Below the pieces are notes generated by a model that was given only the letters and a program-made list of their open reading frames with translations, did no database searches and was not told the origin of the DNA. A DNA stretch of 41,572 nt, the filler included, from a bacterium (GTDB taxonomy: Bacteria > JAJRZV01): NCBI GenBank assembly GCA_024275095.1. It is 2 parts of 2 records of this genome, joined end to end, with 100 filler letters (N's around TTAATTAATTAA, not from the genome) between each part and the next. Parts side by side here need not be neighbours in the genome. Positions count along the whole stretch, not along the records: positions 1 to 31,368 come from JAJRZV010000036.1; positions 31,469 to 41,572 come from JAJRZV010000037.1. The stretch is one strand, 5' to 3'. Both the position numbers and the translations under genes were made by a program. Positions within the stretch are counted from its first letter, which is position 1. The number at the start of each line of letters is the position of its first letter. Positions 29,533-39,468 of the stretch are shown here, piece by piece.

Positions 29533-30968
29533 TACACCTCTCCCAGTTTTCCTGGATTAAGTATTCCAGCCGGGTCAAACACTCTCTTTATCTTCATCAA
29601 TACATCAAAATACACGGGATTTTGACGCAGTACTTTTCTGCGCCACGAAAAGTACGGCCTTGAAAAAAAGGCTCCTTTCTCCAGAAGCTTATCCACAAGC
29701 ACCCTTTCCCATTTATCGACCTGTTCTTTTTCGTCATCCTCGTGAAACAGTACAAATTGAATTTCCATTGACGTGGCCTGAAACACGTGTTGAACATATA
29801 CGCCAAGCTGACCTTTTGAGAAACCTGTTTCCGTGCTCTCACGTACAAACACGTCCACCATCTCGTCTACTTTTGATGCAGTGGTGAGAAAAAATACTTC
29901 CCTGAAGTGCGTTCCGAGCCCTCCCTTCCAGAAGCGTCCTGGAGACGTACCCGTGAACAAGTGTTCAAGCTCGTCTGAAGACAGGTAGGATGTTTCGCTT
30001 TTTAACTCCAGGCCCCACTGACGCGAAAGAGAGGCAACTTCATTTTTCACGTAGGCAAGTCGTTGCTGCGGCCTGCGCTGGAGGCCTGACAGGGAAAAAA
30101 GCAGAAAATATTTATCCGGTGCACTTTGTAAAAAATCCTTTTTAGAAAGGGCTGAGGCGAGGCAGCTTCTGTTTAAAACCGCCGTGTAATCCGCCAACTC
30201 CAGCTTGATCAACCGGTTGGCAAAAGCAGCAAGCTGCGAGAGGTTGTCGCTCTCAACAAAATAAAATTCTTCCACCTCTGGCAAAAGAGCTACGGCGAGC
30301 GTCCCCCATGTAACGATTCCCATACCCCCCTGGGCGCCCTGTACAAGGCGGTGGTAATCCACCTGATGGGGCCCAAGAGGAAAAAGGGGAAGGTGCTTCC
30401 CCTGCGCGACCCACTCAAGAGAATATTCACCGCATGCCTCACCGGTACGGAATACTTCGCCGTTACCGAATACCACCTCAACGCACCGAAGGGGATCTGC
30501 TGAATCCCACTGGTAACGCGGAAGCGTTACAGGTTCCCTGTCCAGGGCTGCTGCAAGAACGGATTTGCCTCCGCGAGGCAGCAAGGGCATAAGTGGACGC
30601 AAGCCTTCAGCTTTCAATGCAGGAACAAGCATTTCAAAGGTCACACCCGGCTCCACCACAACAACCCGATGCCTGCGGCTTATCTGGACAATACGCTTGA
30701 AACCTCTCAAATCAAGAACTATGCACTGCCCTTCAGGTGCAGTGCCGTCACGCATGTGTGGAGGTTCGGAACTTACCGGCACCAACCCCAGGCCTCTGGC
30801 CCGGCTGAAATTCACTATCTTCTGTATTTCTTCGACAGTAGCGGGGGCTACAGAAAAGAGGACATTTTCAACATCAGAAAACTCTTGCAAATGATCCTTT
30901 TTACTGAATATTTTTCCTTTAAAATTTTGTATTTCCCTTAAAAATTCTGTGAGCACATGAGCAGCCAT
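29532..30968 (-). CDS. FAD-binding oxidoreductase (VAO/PCMH family); likely start 30968 or 30974 rather than 31094
   Basis: PATVEEIQKIV, VVVEPGVT, EVVFGNGEVFRTG, GAQGGMGIVTW, KRVFDPAGILNPGK; AAGGA upstream of 30968. Confidence 0.85.
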   Translation of the reverse strand: MAAHVLTEFLREIQNFKGKIFSKKDHLQEFSDVENVLFSVAPATVEEIQKIVNFSRARGLGLVPVSSEPPHMRDGTAPEGQCIVLDLRGFKRIVQISRRHRVVVVEPGVTFEMLVPALKAEGLRPLMPLLPRGGKSVLAAALDREPVTLPRYQWDSADPLRCVEVVFGNGEVFRTGEACGEYSLEWVAQGKHLPLFPLGPHQVDYHRLVQGAQGGMGIVTWGTLAVALLPEVEEFYFVESDNLSQLAAFANRLIKLELADYTAVLNRSCLASALSKKDFLQSAPDKYFLLFSLSGLQRRPQQRLAYVKNEVASLSRQWGLELKSETSYLSSDELEHLFTGTSPGRFWKGGLGTHFREVFFLTTASKVDEMVDVFVRESTETGFSKGQLGVYVQHVFQATSMEIQFVLFHEDDEKEQVDKWERVLVDKLLEKGAFFSRPYFSWRRKVLRQNPVYFDVLMKIKRVFDPAGILNPGKLGEV

Positions 30969-31368
30969 GAACATTTTCCTTACAAATAGCAAAATAAGTT
31001 TACATTTTATACATCTGGGTTTCAAAGCTTTTTTTTCAAAATATCCTGCTCTGTACGAGAAAACAAATAGAGTTCTTTCTCCTAACACCTCCATCGAGAT
31101 AGTGTTGTAGCTCTTTTACGGAAAAGAGGTAAAAAGAGAAAAAAAGCCCCAAAGAAATCGCGTCCATTCCGGCATCCATTTCAGCATCGTTAATATTTGG
31201 TCTGAAACCTGTATCCTGAATACAACCCCGAAAAATCTCCTCCCACTACGCTGAGCTCAGGAGATCAGCCTTGTGGAGGTTTTCAAAATTCTCCTTCCTT
31301 GCCGGTGGAATTTCCTTTTTTCCTCTCTCTTGATGGAAAGAGATTGATAAAGGAGGCCACGCCACAAC

Positions 31369-31468
31369 NNNNNNNNNNNNNNNNNNNNNNNNNNNNNNNN
31401 NNNNNNNNNNNNTTAATTAATTAANNNNNNNNNNNNNNNNNNNNNNNNNNNNNNNNNNNNNNNNNNNN
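31369..31468. other. Artificial contig/scaffold spacer
   Basis: 44 N + TTAATTAATTAA (31413-31424, stops in all six frames) + 44 N, 100 nt in total. Confidence 0.95.
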
Positions 31469-31470
31469 GC

Positions 31471-31563
31471 CGTGTAGATCCAAAGGTGAATCCCACCATT
31501 TTCAATCTGGACATTGATGCTTCTATGTTTACATCGAGTAATTTTCTTAATTATGGCAAGTAG
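31471..31563 (+). CDS. Possible 3' end of a gene truncated by the gap
   Basis: Open frame from the gap: RVDPKVNPTIFNLDIDASMFTSSNFLNYGK*. Too short to assign. Confidence 0.3.
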   Translation, partial: RVDPKVNPTIFNLDIDASMFTSSNFLNYGK

Positions 31564-31809
31564 GTTTATTAAATTGTTAATAAGGAGGGTGGACCTTTTA
31601 AACTGATATCTGGAGTTAAACATATATAATATTCGACATACAGGAGGGTAGGGTTTATCAATCACAAGCGGGTTGTTTTACACGTATTCAAACCTCGATC
31701 ATTTTGCGGTAAACGCCCTGTCCAGATAAGGGGAGTTTTATATTGATATTGATATTACCATCGCGTTACATTAAACTGGTGCACAAAATTGGAGAGAGGA
31801 GTCTAACCC

Positions 31810-32325
31810 ATGAAGCGCACAGGATATTTGATTACAGCAATGTTTGTACTTCTTTTCTCCCTGGGTTTGAAAAAAGGAGAGAAAATTCCAGGGTTTGTAT
31901 TGAGAGATCTGAAAAACCGCATTGTTTATCGCAGTGATATATGTGGACCAGGCAGGAAAGGAGTTGTAATCATTGACTTTTTTGCGACGTGGTGCAAACC
32001 GTGTAAAAAAGCACTGCCTGTGCTGGACAAAATCAACAGAGAATTTTCCAAAAAAGGATTGCGCATTGTGTTAATTTCGTATAAACAAAAAAATCATGAG
32101 GTGTCGGAGTTTTTTAAAGATAAAAAGTATAACTTTTCCGTGCTCTGGGATCCTTACGGTGAAATTGGTAAGAGGTTTGAAGTCACAGCATTGCCCCGTA
32201 CTTTTGTTGTTAATGCCAGTGATTGCTCTATAGTAAAGATTTTTTACGGAGAATCCAAAAATCTTTACCAGTCTCTTAGAAAGGTGTTATTGCCCCTGGT
32301 GAGGAATGGTAATAAAAGCCGTTAA
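31810..32325 (+). CDS. TlpA/ResA-like thiol:disulfide oxidoreductase
   Basis: Signal/TM, IDFFATWCKPC, DPYG, cis-Pro motif ALPRTFVV. Confidence 0.9.
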   Translation: MKRTGYLITAMFVLLFSLGLKKGEKIPGFVLRDLKNRIVYRSDICGPGRKGVVIIDFFATWCKPCKKALPVLDKINREFSKKGLRIVLISYKQKNHEVSEFFKDKKYNFSVLWDPYGEIGKRFEVTALPRTFVVNASDCSIVKIFYGESKNLYQSLRKVLLPLVRNGNKSR

Positions 32326-33109
32326 AGATATCGTTAAAGAACTTATTTTTTCAGTACCATTCGGTCGTGTCGCTGTTGTGCCTGTAAACGTAGCAATATT
32401 TATGCGAAATGTTGATCCCTACATAAGGCTTTTGAAATTCGTGGAAAAGAACCCTTTACTCAAAGGGTTACTGCTGGTGATTAACAGCCCTGGTGGCGAT
32501 GCTGGTGCATCAGAACTGTTTTATTCAGAGGTGAAAAGACTTTCCGATAAAAAACCCGTGTATGCATATGCCCTGTTTGCGGCCTCTGGAGGGTACATGG
32601 TTGCGTGTGGTGCGCATAAAATCCTCATGCCCCGCACGGGCGTTGTGGGAAGTATTGGGGTGATATACAGCCGGTTCATATTGAAAGATCTGCTCTCGAG
32701 AGCGGGTGTAAAGGTGGATATCTACAAGAAAGGGAAACACAAGGACCTCTTCATGTTTCATCGAGAAGCCTCTCCCGAGGAAAAGAAGAAACTCAATATC
32801 CTCCTTGAAGAAACTTATTCTGCATTTCTGGACATTGTCAGTACTGAAAGGAGAATAAGCAAAGAAAAGCTGAAAAAGATTGCCACAGGCGAGATGTTTG
32901 GAGCAAAAACAGCTGTAAAATTAAAACTTGCCGATGATATCTGTTCCTACGCCGATGCGATAGCCAAACTGACGGATGAGGTGGGCTTGAAGCCCGATCA
33001 GTACATCGTTATTCATCCACCTCGTCCTCTGATAGCCCGTTTTATGTATACGGCGGTGGAATCCTTTTCAGAAGCTCTTTTTGAAAGGGCCTTGCGGTCA
33101 CAATTTTAG
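32306..33109 (+). CDS. sppA: Signal peptide peptidase SppA (peptidase S49, short form)
   Basis: INSPGG, AASGGY, GSIGV, GKHKD, ATGEMF. Confidence 0.9.
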   Translation: MVIKAVKDIVKELIFSVPFGRVAVVPVNVAIFMRNVDPYIRLLKFVEKNPLLKGLLLVINSPGGDAGASELFYSEVKRLSDKKPVYAYALFAASGGYMVACGAHKILMPRTGVVGSIGVIYSRFILKDLLSRAGVKVDIYKKGKHKDLFMFHREASPEEKKKLNILLEETYSAFLDIVSTERRISKEKLKKIATGEMFGAKTAVKLKLADDICSYADAIAKLTDEVGLKPDQYIVIHPPRPLIARFMYTAVESFSEALFERALRSQF

Positions 33110-33158
33110 AGTTCCAGCCTTCCTGTAACAGCGAGAAATTCAACAGGAACCAAAAAGG

Positions 33159-33167
33159 TGATATAAT
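33159..33167 (+). promoter_or_regulatory. Extended -10 promoter element for yebC-ruvCAB
   Basis: TGATATAAT (TGnTATAAT) about 60 nt upstream of the yebC start; AGGAGG RBS follows. Confidence 0.55.
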
Positions 33168-33227
33168 TTATTAAATGCGACTTGCAGTAAATTCAAAAAT
33201 TACCGGATAGTTTACCAGGAGGCGCTT

Positions 33228-33977
33228 GTGGCTGGTCATTCTAAATGGGCGAATATTCGCAGAAAAAAAGAGAAGGAAGATAAAAAGCGCGGCAAGCTTT
33301 TTACCAAGCTGTTGCGGGCCATTCAGGCTGCGGCCAGGCTCGGAGGTCCTGATCCTGATGCAAACCCGCGGCTGCGCAAGGCCATAGAGGAAGCCAAGGC
33401 CGCTAATATGCCAAAGGAAAACATAGAAAGGGCGATAAAAAAAGGTTCAGGCACAGAAGAAGGTGTGATTTACGAGGAGTGTTTTTACGAGGGATACGGT
33501 CCTGGGGGAGCAGCGGTACTGGTTGAAAGTATCACGGACAACAGAAAACGTACGGCCAGTGAAATCCGACATGTTTTTTCCAAGAACGGAGGTAGTCTTG
33601 GTGAAGCCGGTTGTGTGGCATGGCTGTTTGAGCGTAAGGGGCTGTTTGTTTTTGAAGGTTCTGTGGATTTTGAGAGGCTTTTTGATGTGGCGGTAGAGGC
33701 AGGCGCAGAAGATGTTCGAGAGAGCGATGACGGAACCGTGGAGGTTCAAACACCTCCAGAGAATTTCGAGGCTGTAAAACATGCTCTTTCTGCAGCGGGA
33801 TTTCAATTTGTTAGTGCGGAAGTTACTCGGGTCCCTAAGAACGTGGTGAAGCTTCAGGGTAAAGACGCCGAGCAAATGATTCGGTTGCTGGAAGCACTTG
33901 AGGATCTGGACGATGTTCAGAAAGTATATTCGAACTTCGACATCAGCACTGAAGAACTGGAAAGGTTGGCGGGTTGA
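33228..33977 (+). CDS. yebC: YebC/PmpR family protein
   Basis: [39 protein letters not shown]. Confidence 0.97.
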   Translation: MAGHSKWANIRRKKEKEDKKRGKLFTKLLRAIQAAARLGGPDPDANPRLRKAIEEAKAANMPKENIERAIKKGSGTEEGVIYEECFYEGYGPGGAAVLVESITDNRKRTASEIRHVFSKNGGSLGEAGCVAWLFERKGLFVFEGSVDFERLFDVAVEAGAEDVRESDDGTVEVQTPPENFEAVKHALSAAGFQFVSAEVTRVPKNVVKLQGKDAEQMIRLLEALEDLDDVQKVYSNFDISTEELERLAG

Positions 33978-34462
33978 AAGTTCTGGGGATAGATCCCGGT
34001 TCAAAAAAGTTAGGTTACGCGGTTATTGAATTGTGTAGTAATTCATTCAGATTGATGGATAGCCAGTGTATTACTTTTAACGGCAGGAGTTCTTTCGATA
34101 TACGACTCGTTCGCACAGCTCGTGTTATTAGAGAGGTCGCCACTTATTACAATCCGGAGGAGGTTGCTGTTGAGGAACCGTTTCTCAGCGTAAATGCCAA
34201 AACAGCTATGAAACTGGGACAGGTTGTTGGTGTTATTAAGGCTGCGCTTCTCGATGCAGGGTATGAAGTGGTTACATATGAACCCCGAACAGTAAGAAAA
34301 ACCGTTTCTGGATACGGAGGGGCGACCAAAGTCCAGATGAATCGGCTAATCAAGTCTCTTTTAAACCTGGATGAAAAGGACTTTAGCTTTGATGAATCAG
34401 ATGCTGCAGCTGTGGCTCTCTGTCACATATTTAATATCCGTAAAGGTCAGGTTACAAAATGA
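33974..34462 (+). CDS. ruvC: Holliday junction resolvase RuvC
   Basis: [30 protein letters not shown]. Confidence 0.95.
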   Translation: MKVLGIDPGSKKLGYAVIELCSNSFRLMDSQCITFNGRSSFDIRLVRTARVIREVATYYNPEEVAVEEPFLSVNAKTAMKLGQVVGVIKAALLDAGYEVVTYEPRTVRKTVSGYGGATKVQMNRLIKSLLNLDEKDFSFDESDAAAVALCHIFNIRKGQVTK

Positions 34463-35028
34463 TTCATGCTTTAAGAGGGAAAGTATTCAAAAAGAACCCG
34501 GAAACTCTGGAGGTTGATGTATCCGGTGTGATTTTCCAGGTCAAGATTACATTAAATGCATATTCCATTCTACCGCCTGTTGGAAACGAGTGCTTTATCC
34601 CTGTGGAGATGGTGTTTGGCGAGCGGGACATTGAACTTTACGGATTCGCCGATGAAAATGAGAGAGAAATGTTTCGATGTATATGCGGTGTAAGAGGAAT
34701 AGGTCCTCGAATCGCTCGAAATATACTTTCCAGTTTATCACTGGACCAGTTTGTCTCTTCTGTTAAAAGGGGAGAGGTTAGGACACTGAGTAAAATTCCG
34801 GGTGTGGGAAAGAAGACAGCTGAAAGGTTAATTTTTGAATTGAAAGATAGAGTTGCTGCTGCTGAGAAAGAAGAAGCTGAACCCGTTGTCTTTCAGGCTG
34901 TGGAAGCACTTGTTAATTTAGGCTTCAAGCGGACTGAAGCGGAAGATACAGTTGCACAACTGGCAGGTTCATGCTCTTCTGTTGAAGAGCTTATTAGGGC
35001 ATCATTGAGGAGACTTGCAAGAATATAA
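34459..35028 (+). CDS. ruvA: Holliday junction branch migration protein RuvA
   Basis: [30 protein letters not shown]. Confidence 0.95.
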   Translation: MIHALRGKVFKKNPETLEVDVSGVIFQVKITLNAYSILPPVGNECFIPVEMVFGERDIELYGFADENEREMFRCICGVRGIGPRIARNILSSLSLDQFVSSVKRGEVRTLSKIPGVGKKTAERLIFELKDRVAAAEKEEAEPVVFQAVEALVNLGFKRTEAEDTVAQLAGSCSSVEELIRASLRRLARI

Positions 35029-35039
35029 AGGATATAAAC

Positions 35040-36068
35040 GTGAGACCAGATAGAACTTCACAATCTCAGGAGCAACTCCTCCGGCGTGATCCTCAGCTGG
35101 ACCAGACGATTAGGCCCCGCTATTTTTCAGAGTTTATTGGTCAGACCAAACTTGTAGAAAATCTTAAAATCCTTGTACAAGCTGCAAAAGAGAGGGGTGA
35201 GGCACTTGGTCATATACTTTTTTTGGGTCCTCCGGGACTTGGTAAGACAACCCTGGCATATATTATTGCCAACGAACTGGGTTCTCGAATTACTGTCACA
35301 TCTGGCCCTGCCATAGAAAGACAGGGAGACCTCGCGGGGATTTTGACATCGCTTGAAGAAAAGGATGTGATTTTCATAGACGAGATCCATCGTTTGCCCA
35401 GGGCGGTTGAGGAGATTCTTTATCCTGCCATTGAAGACTTCGCTATTGATATCGTCACGGGAAAAGGCCCTCATGCGAATACACTCCGTTTGAAACTTCC
35501 CAGGTTCACCCTTATTGGTGCTACCACCCGCATGGGACTGATAACATCACCTCTTCGCGACCGTTTTTCTTTTCATGCAAGGCTTGATTTCTATTCGCAC
35601 GAGGAGCTTTTGAGTATTGTTAAACGTTCGGCGGATATCCTGGAAGTCAGCATAAATGCAGATGCTGCCGCGGAAATAGCAAGACGTTCTCGAGGAACGC
35701 CGCGTGTTGCGAATCAACTTTTGAAATGGGTGAGAGACTATGCGATGGTAAAAGCGGGGGGTACGATAACAGTAACGGTGGCACGCGAGGCTCTTGAGGC
35801 TATCGGGGTAGATGAAAAAGGATTTGATCCAATGCATCGAAAAATTTTGGAAATTATTATTTTCAAGTACGGCGGAGGTCCCGTTGGAATCGGAGCTATC
35901 AGTGCGGCTGTTCATGAAGAGCGGGACACCATAGAAGAGGTTTATGAGCCTTTTCTTGTGAAAGAAGGATTCATTGTGAGGACAAGCCGGGGAAGGATGG
36001 CCACTCCGGAGGCTTATCGACACCTGGGTGTTAAACCTGCGGGAGGAAAAACACTTTTTGATGCCTGA
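35040..36068 (+). CDS. ruvB: Holliday junction branch migration ATPase RuvB
   Basis: [41 protein letters not shown]. Confidence 0.97.
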   Translation: MRPDRTSQSQEQLLRRDPQLDQTIRPRYFSEFIGQTKLVENLKILVQAAKERGEALGHILFLGPPGLGKTTLAYIIANELGSRITVTSGPAIERQGDLAGILTSLEEKDVIFIDEIHRLPRAVEEILYPAIEDFAIDIVTGKGPHANTLRLKLPRFTLIGATTRMGLITSPLRDRFSFHARLDFYSHEELLSIVKRSADILEVSINADAAAEIARRSRGTPRVANQLLKWVRDYAMVKAGGTITVTVAREALEAIGVDEKGFDPMHRKILEIIIFKYGGGPVGIGAISAAVHEERDTIEEVYEPFLVKEGFIVRTSRGRMATPEAYRHLGVKPAGGKTLFDA

Positions 36069-38358
36069 TTGGGATTTTCATAGTCTTATAGACACACTTG
36101 AATGGTACGCAAATGCTTATTTTCATTCAAACCTGCACATCCTTGCTGGAATTGTTGTTATCTTCCTGTTGCTCGTGATGCTTGTGCGACGCTTGGGCAG
36201 GTCTTCGCCACGAAGTACTGCCAAAGGCATAAATCCGAAAAAGTTGGAGAAGCAGGGTTTTCTCAAAGAGGCAGCGGAGATGTACATGTCAGAAAGAAAG
36301 TACGCTAAAGCAGCCCAGCTTTTTATGAAACTGGGTGCTTTTGCACGAGCTGCTGAGTGCTACGAGTATATGGGGCAGAAACAAACTGCTGCTTCTCTTT
36401 ACGCGAGAGGTGGAAATATTAAAGAAGCTGTTGAAATTTACACCTCTTTGAAAATGTTTGATGAAGCATTGGAGCTTCTAGAAAAGAACGGTAAACATTA
36501 CGAAGCAGGAGAGCTTGCAGCTCGAATAAATCAGCCCGCCCTTGCGGCTTATTATTTCGAAAAGGCTGGCCTCGAAGAACAGGCAGGTTTCTATTACTAC
36601 GCTGCAGGTGAGTTTAAAATGGCAGTGAAGAACTTGGGAAAAGCCTTTGCTCAGGCCAAGAAGGACGGGAATGTTGCCTCGAACCTGGGCGAGAAGTACG
36701 CTGTTGCACTCGAGAAGACCGGTGAATATCTTATGGCCGGAAGGGTATGGAGCGCTCTGGGACAGCACGAAAAGGCTGCAGAGGCATTTGAAAAAGCGGG
36801 TGAGTTTGAAGTGGCTGCAAGTATATACGAAAAAATCGGCATGAATGACCGTGCGAAGGAACTCTTACAAATTGCGGGGCAGAAAAGCCAGGTTGTCGCA
36901 TCTGCAGACGTTTTTGAGATGGAAAAGTCGGATGAAAGCTCCCCAACCATTGAGAATGTTCAGGAGCAGCGTGCCTCTGATCCTCGTCAGGAAGCTGTTG
37001 CACTTCTGAAATCGGGGCGCTTGAGGGAAGCTGCCGAGAAATTCGCTCAGATGGGTGACTACCTGCGAGCTGCACAGATATATCAAAAGATCGGGGAACC
37101 CATGATGCAGTCGCAAATGCTGTTTAGAGGAGGCAGATATTACGAAGCCGTGCTCAATCTCTACGAGCACGGCAACCTTCGCGAGGCTGAAGAAATGGCA
37201 GCAGCGGTACCCGAAGACTCTCCGGATTTCAAGCGTGCGTGGATCATTCGTGGTGATATTATGTTTCAGCGAGGTAATTACAAGGAGGCAGCGGCTGTAT
37301 ATGGTAAAGCCCTTGCAGGGGTGAAGCTCAGCAACTGGAACATAAGGGCTTTTTACAATCTTGCAATTATTGCTGAGGAAGCGAGAAACTGGGATGCGGC
37401 GCTGGCATTGTATTCCGCACTCCACAAGTACAACAAGCAATTTATGGACGTTGCCGAAAGGCTCAGGAAACTCCAGGATAAAATGCAAAAAGAGAAACCA
37501 GCGGAAGACCAGACCGTGCCAAGGTACATAGTAAAACAGGTCGGTGAAGAGGCACAGCGCCAGGATGAAACAAGACGATACACGCTTATCGAAGAGATTG
37601 GAAGGGGTGGTATGGGAGTGGTATACAAGGCTTTTGATAATTTATTGGAGCGCCATGTGGCTTTGAAAATTCTTCCCTCCTACATGCAGAAGGAAAAGGG
37701 CGCTGTGGAAAACTTCATTAAGGAAGCGAAGGCAACCGCTGCTCTTACACATCCCAATATCGTTACGGTCTATGATGCCGGAGAACAGGACGGCAATTAT
37801 TACATTGCCATGGAGCTCGTTGATGGAGAGACTCTTAAAGATATGATTCGCAGAGTGGGAAGACTTGGTCTCAAAGCGTTTTTCGTAATGGCAGCACAGA
37901 TTTGCAAAGCCATTTCTTATGCACATTCCAAGGGTGTGATTCATAGAGATATCAAACCGGGTAATATCATGTGGACGAAGGATAAAATGGTAAAAGTAAT
38001 GGACCTTGGACTCGCAAAGATTATTCAGGATGCTGCAAATTTTCATACTGTTGTGGGGGGCACACCTCATTACATGGCCCCGGAGCAAATCCTCGGCGAT
38101 TCTGTCACATTTGCAACAGATATTTATTCACTGGGTGTTACATTTTACGAAATGCTCACAGGCACGGTTCCTTTCCCTAAGGGGAATGTAGGTTATCATC
38201 ATGTACATACGCCGCCGCCGCCTCTATCAGAGAAAAATCGAAAAATCCCGTCTGAGCTGGAAAAGATTATTATGAAGTGCCTTGCGAAGAGTCCTGAGGA
38301 ACGTTTTGCTTCTGTAGAAGAGCTTTACGAAGCATTGAAAAAAGCCGCACCACTGTGA
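36061..38358 (+). CDS. Membrane-anchored Hanks-type Ser/Thr kinase with helical repeats and a C-terminal kinase domain (likely start ATG 36061)
   Basis: N-terminal TM, alpha-helical repeats, [33 protein letters not shown]. Confidence 0.92.
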   Translation: MPDWDFHSLIDTLEWYANAYFHSNLHILAGIVVIFLLLVMLVRRLGRSSPRSTAKGINPKKLEKQGFLKEAAEMYMSERKYAKAAQLFMKLGAFARAAECYEYMGQKQTAASLYARGGNIKEAVEIYTSLKMFDEALELLEKNGKHYEAGELAARINQPALAAYYFEKAGLEEQAGFYYYAAGEFKMAVKNLGKAFAQAKKDGNVASNLGEKYAVALEKTGEYLMAGRVWSALGQHEKAAEAFEKAGEFEVAASIYEKIGMNDRAKELLQIAGQKSQVVASADVFEMEKSDESSPTIENVQEQRASDPRQEAVALLKSGRLREAAEKFAQMGDYLRAAQIYQKIGEPMMQSQMLFRGGRYYEAVLNLYEHGNLREAEEMAAAVPEDSPDFKRAWIIRGDIMFQRGNYKEAAAVYGKALAGVKLSNWNIRAFYNLAIIAEEARNWDAALALYSALHKYNKQFMDVAERLRKLQDKMQKEKPAEDQTVPRYIVKQVGEEAQRQDETRRYTLIEEIGRGGMGVVYKAFDNLLERHVALKILPSYMQKEKGAVENFIKEAKATAALTHPNIVTVYDAGEQDGNYYIAMELVDGETLKDMIRRVGRLGLKAFFVMAAQICKAISYAHSKGVIHRDIKPGNIMWTKDKMVKVMDLGLAKIIQDAANFHTVVGGTPHYMAPEQILGDSVTFATDIYSLGVTFYEMLTGTVPFPKGNVGYHHVHTPPPPLSEKNRKIPSELEKIIMKCLAKSPEERFASVEELYEALKKAAPL

Positions 38359-38370
38359 TAGAAGAAGCCG

Positions 38371-39468
38371 GTGGTTGCTATCCCTTCCAGAGCTCAGAGT
38401 ATTCAAGATGCAAAAAGTAAAGGAGCAAAAATTTGTGCTCTTTTTCCGGTTCACTTCCCGCGGGAACTTATTGAATGTTTTAATATTCTTCCTGTAGAAG
38501 TATGGGGGCCTCCTGGTCAGGAATACAATCTTGCTTCCAAACACGTTCAGCCTTATATATGTCCAATAATAAAAAATGTAGTAGAGTTTTATCTTTCCGG
38601 AGGCATGGACGTTGTAGACTGTGCTGTGTTCCCTCACACGTGTGATTCCATTCAGGGACTCGCAACTCTATTTACTGATATGCTCCATTGGGATAAACCC
38701 ACGTTTGTATTTTTTTATCCCCGCACGAGTACGAGTGAATTGAAACAACAATTCCTCGCTGATGAAATTGGAAAAGTTATAAACTTTCTGGAAAGAGTTT
38801 CTGGCCAGCCATTTGAACAAGGCGCTCTTGAATCAAAAATAAAAGCCTTTGAAGAAAATATTCACTTGAGAAAACAGCTCATTGATCACAAAAAAGCGAC
38901 AGGGTTCGAATCTGTAGAATACTGGAAATTAATAAGAGCCGGAGAATACATGTTTGTAGAAGAGCATAACAAATTACTTGCCGCGTACCTTGATTATTTG
39001 AAAAAAAATGCTGACAAGAGAGATCAAAAACGGGCCGTTTTTATTACTGGATATGTACCGGAACCTATGGAAGTTTTTGAAATAATAGAAAAGAGAGGAT
39101 TTTATATAGTAGAAGATGACTACGCTGCTCTTGGAAGACGTCTCGTGAGATCATTCAAATATAATGCTGATATTTCACCAATAGAAAATCTGGTTCGAAA
39201 GTGCCTTTCTTTTAATCCGTGTCCCATGTTTTCTCAGAATGTAAATGATAGATTGAAATATCTTACAGAACTTTTCCAGTATTCTGATGCGAAAGGAGTG
39301 ATTATTCATACGGTAAAATTCTGTGAACCAGAATTATTTGATGTTCCGTTCATAGAAAAGCATTTTAAGGCAATGGGCGTTCCCGTCCTCTTTATTGATA
39401 CAAACCTTGAAAAAAAACTTCTCCCGCGTGACAGAAATCGACTCGAGGCTTTTCTGGAGTCCGTGTGA
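38371..39468 (+). CDS. 2-hydroxyacyl-CoA dehydratase / benzoyl-CoA reductase family subunit (HgdB-like)
   Basis: PRELI, YICP, PHTCDS, KFCEPE, NRLEAFLE. Confidence 0.85.
   Translation: MVAIPSRAQSIQDAKSKGAKICALFPVHFPRELIECFNILPVEVWGPPGQEYNLASKHVQPYICPIIKNVVEFYLSGGMDVVDCAVFPHTCDSIQGLATLFTDMLHWDKPTFVFFYPRTSTSELKQQFLADEIGKVINFLERVSGQPFEQGALESKIKAFEENIHLRKQLIDHKKATGFESVEYWKLIRAGEYMFVEEHNKLLAAYLDYLKKNADKRDQKRAVFITGYVPEPMEVFEIIEKRGFYIVEDDYAALGRRLVRSFKYNADISPIENLVRKCLSFNPCPMFSQNVNDRLKYLTELFQYSDAKGVIIHTVKFCEPELFDVPFIEKHFKAMGVPVLFIDTNLEKKLLPRDRNRLEAFLESV

Noticed and set aside
30969..31094. 42-aa N-terminal extension of the FAD oxidoreductase in the ORF track
   Set aside because: AT-rich, intergenic-looking sequence; an RBS-like AAGGA supports the downstream ATG.
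31095..31368. Possible ncRNA or gene end before the gap
   Set aside because: All three minus frames give short open stretches with no recognisable motif; no tRNA or riboswitch pattern seen.
31413..31424. TTAATTAATTAA palindrome
   Set aside because: Artificial six-frame stop linker. Genes on either side cannot be assumed to be adjacent.
31417..31665. 82-aa minus-strand ORF running into Ns
   Set aside because: Ends in the artificial linker and has no coding support.
33120..33149. TTCCTGT...ACAGGAA inverted repeat after sppA
   Set aside because: 16-nt loop and no plus-strand U tract; too weak to call a terminator.
36865..37488. 207-aa minus-strand ORF and other short antisense ORFs
   Set aside because: Opposite well-supported genes, with no motifs or RBS.
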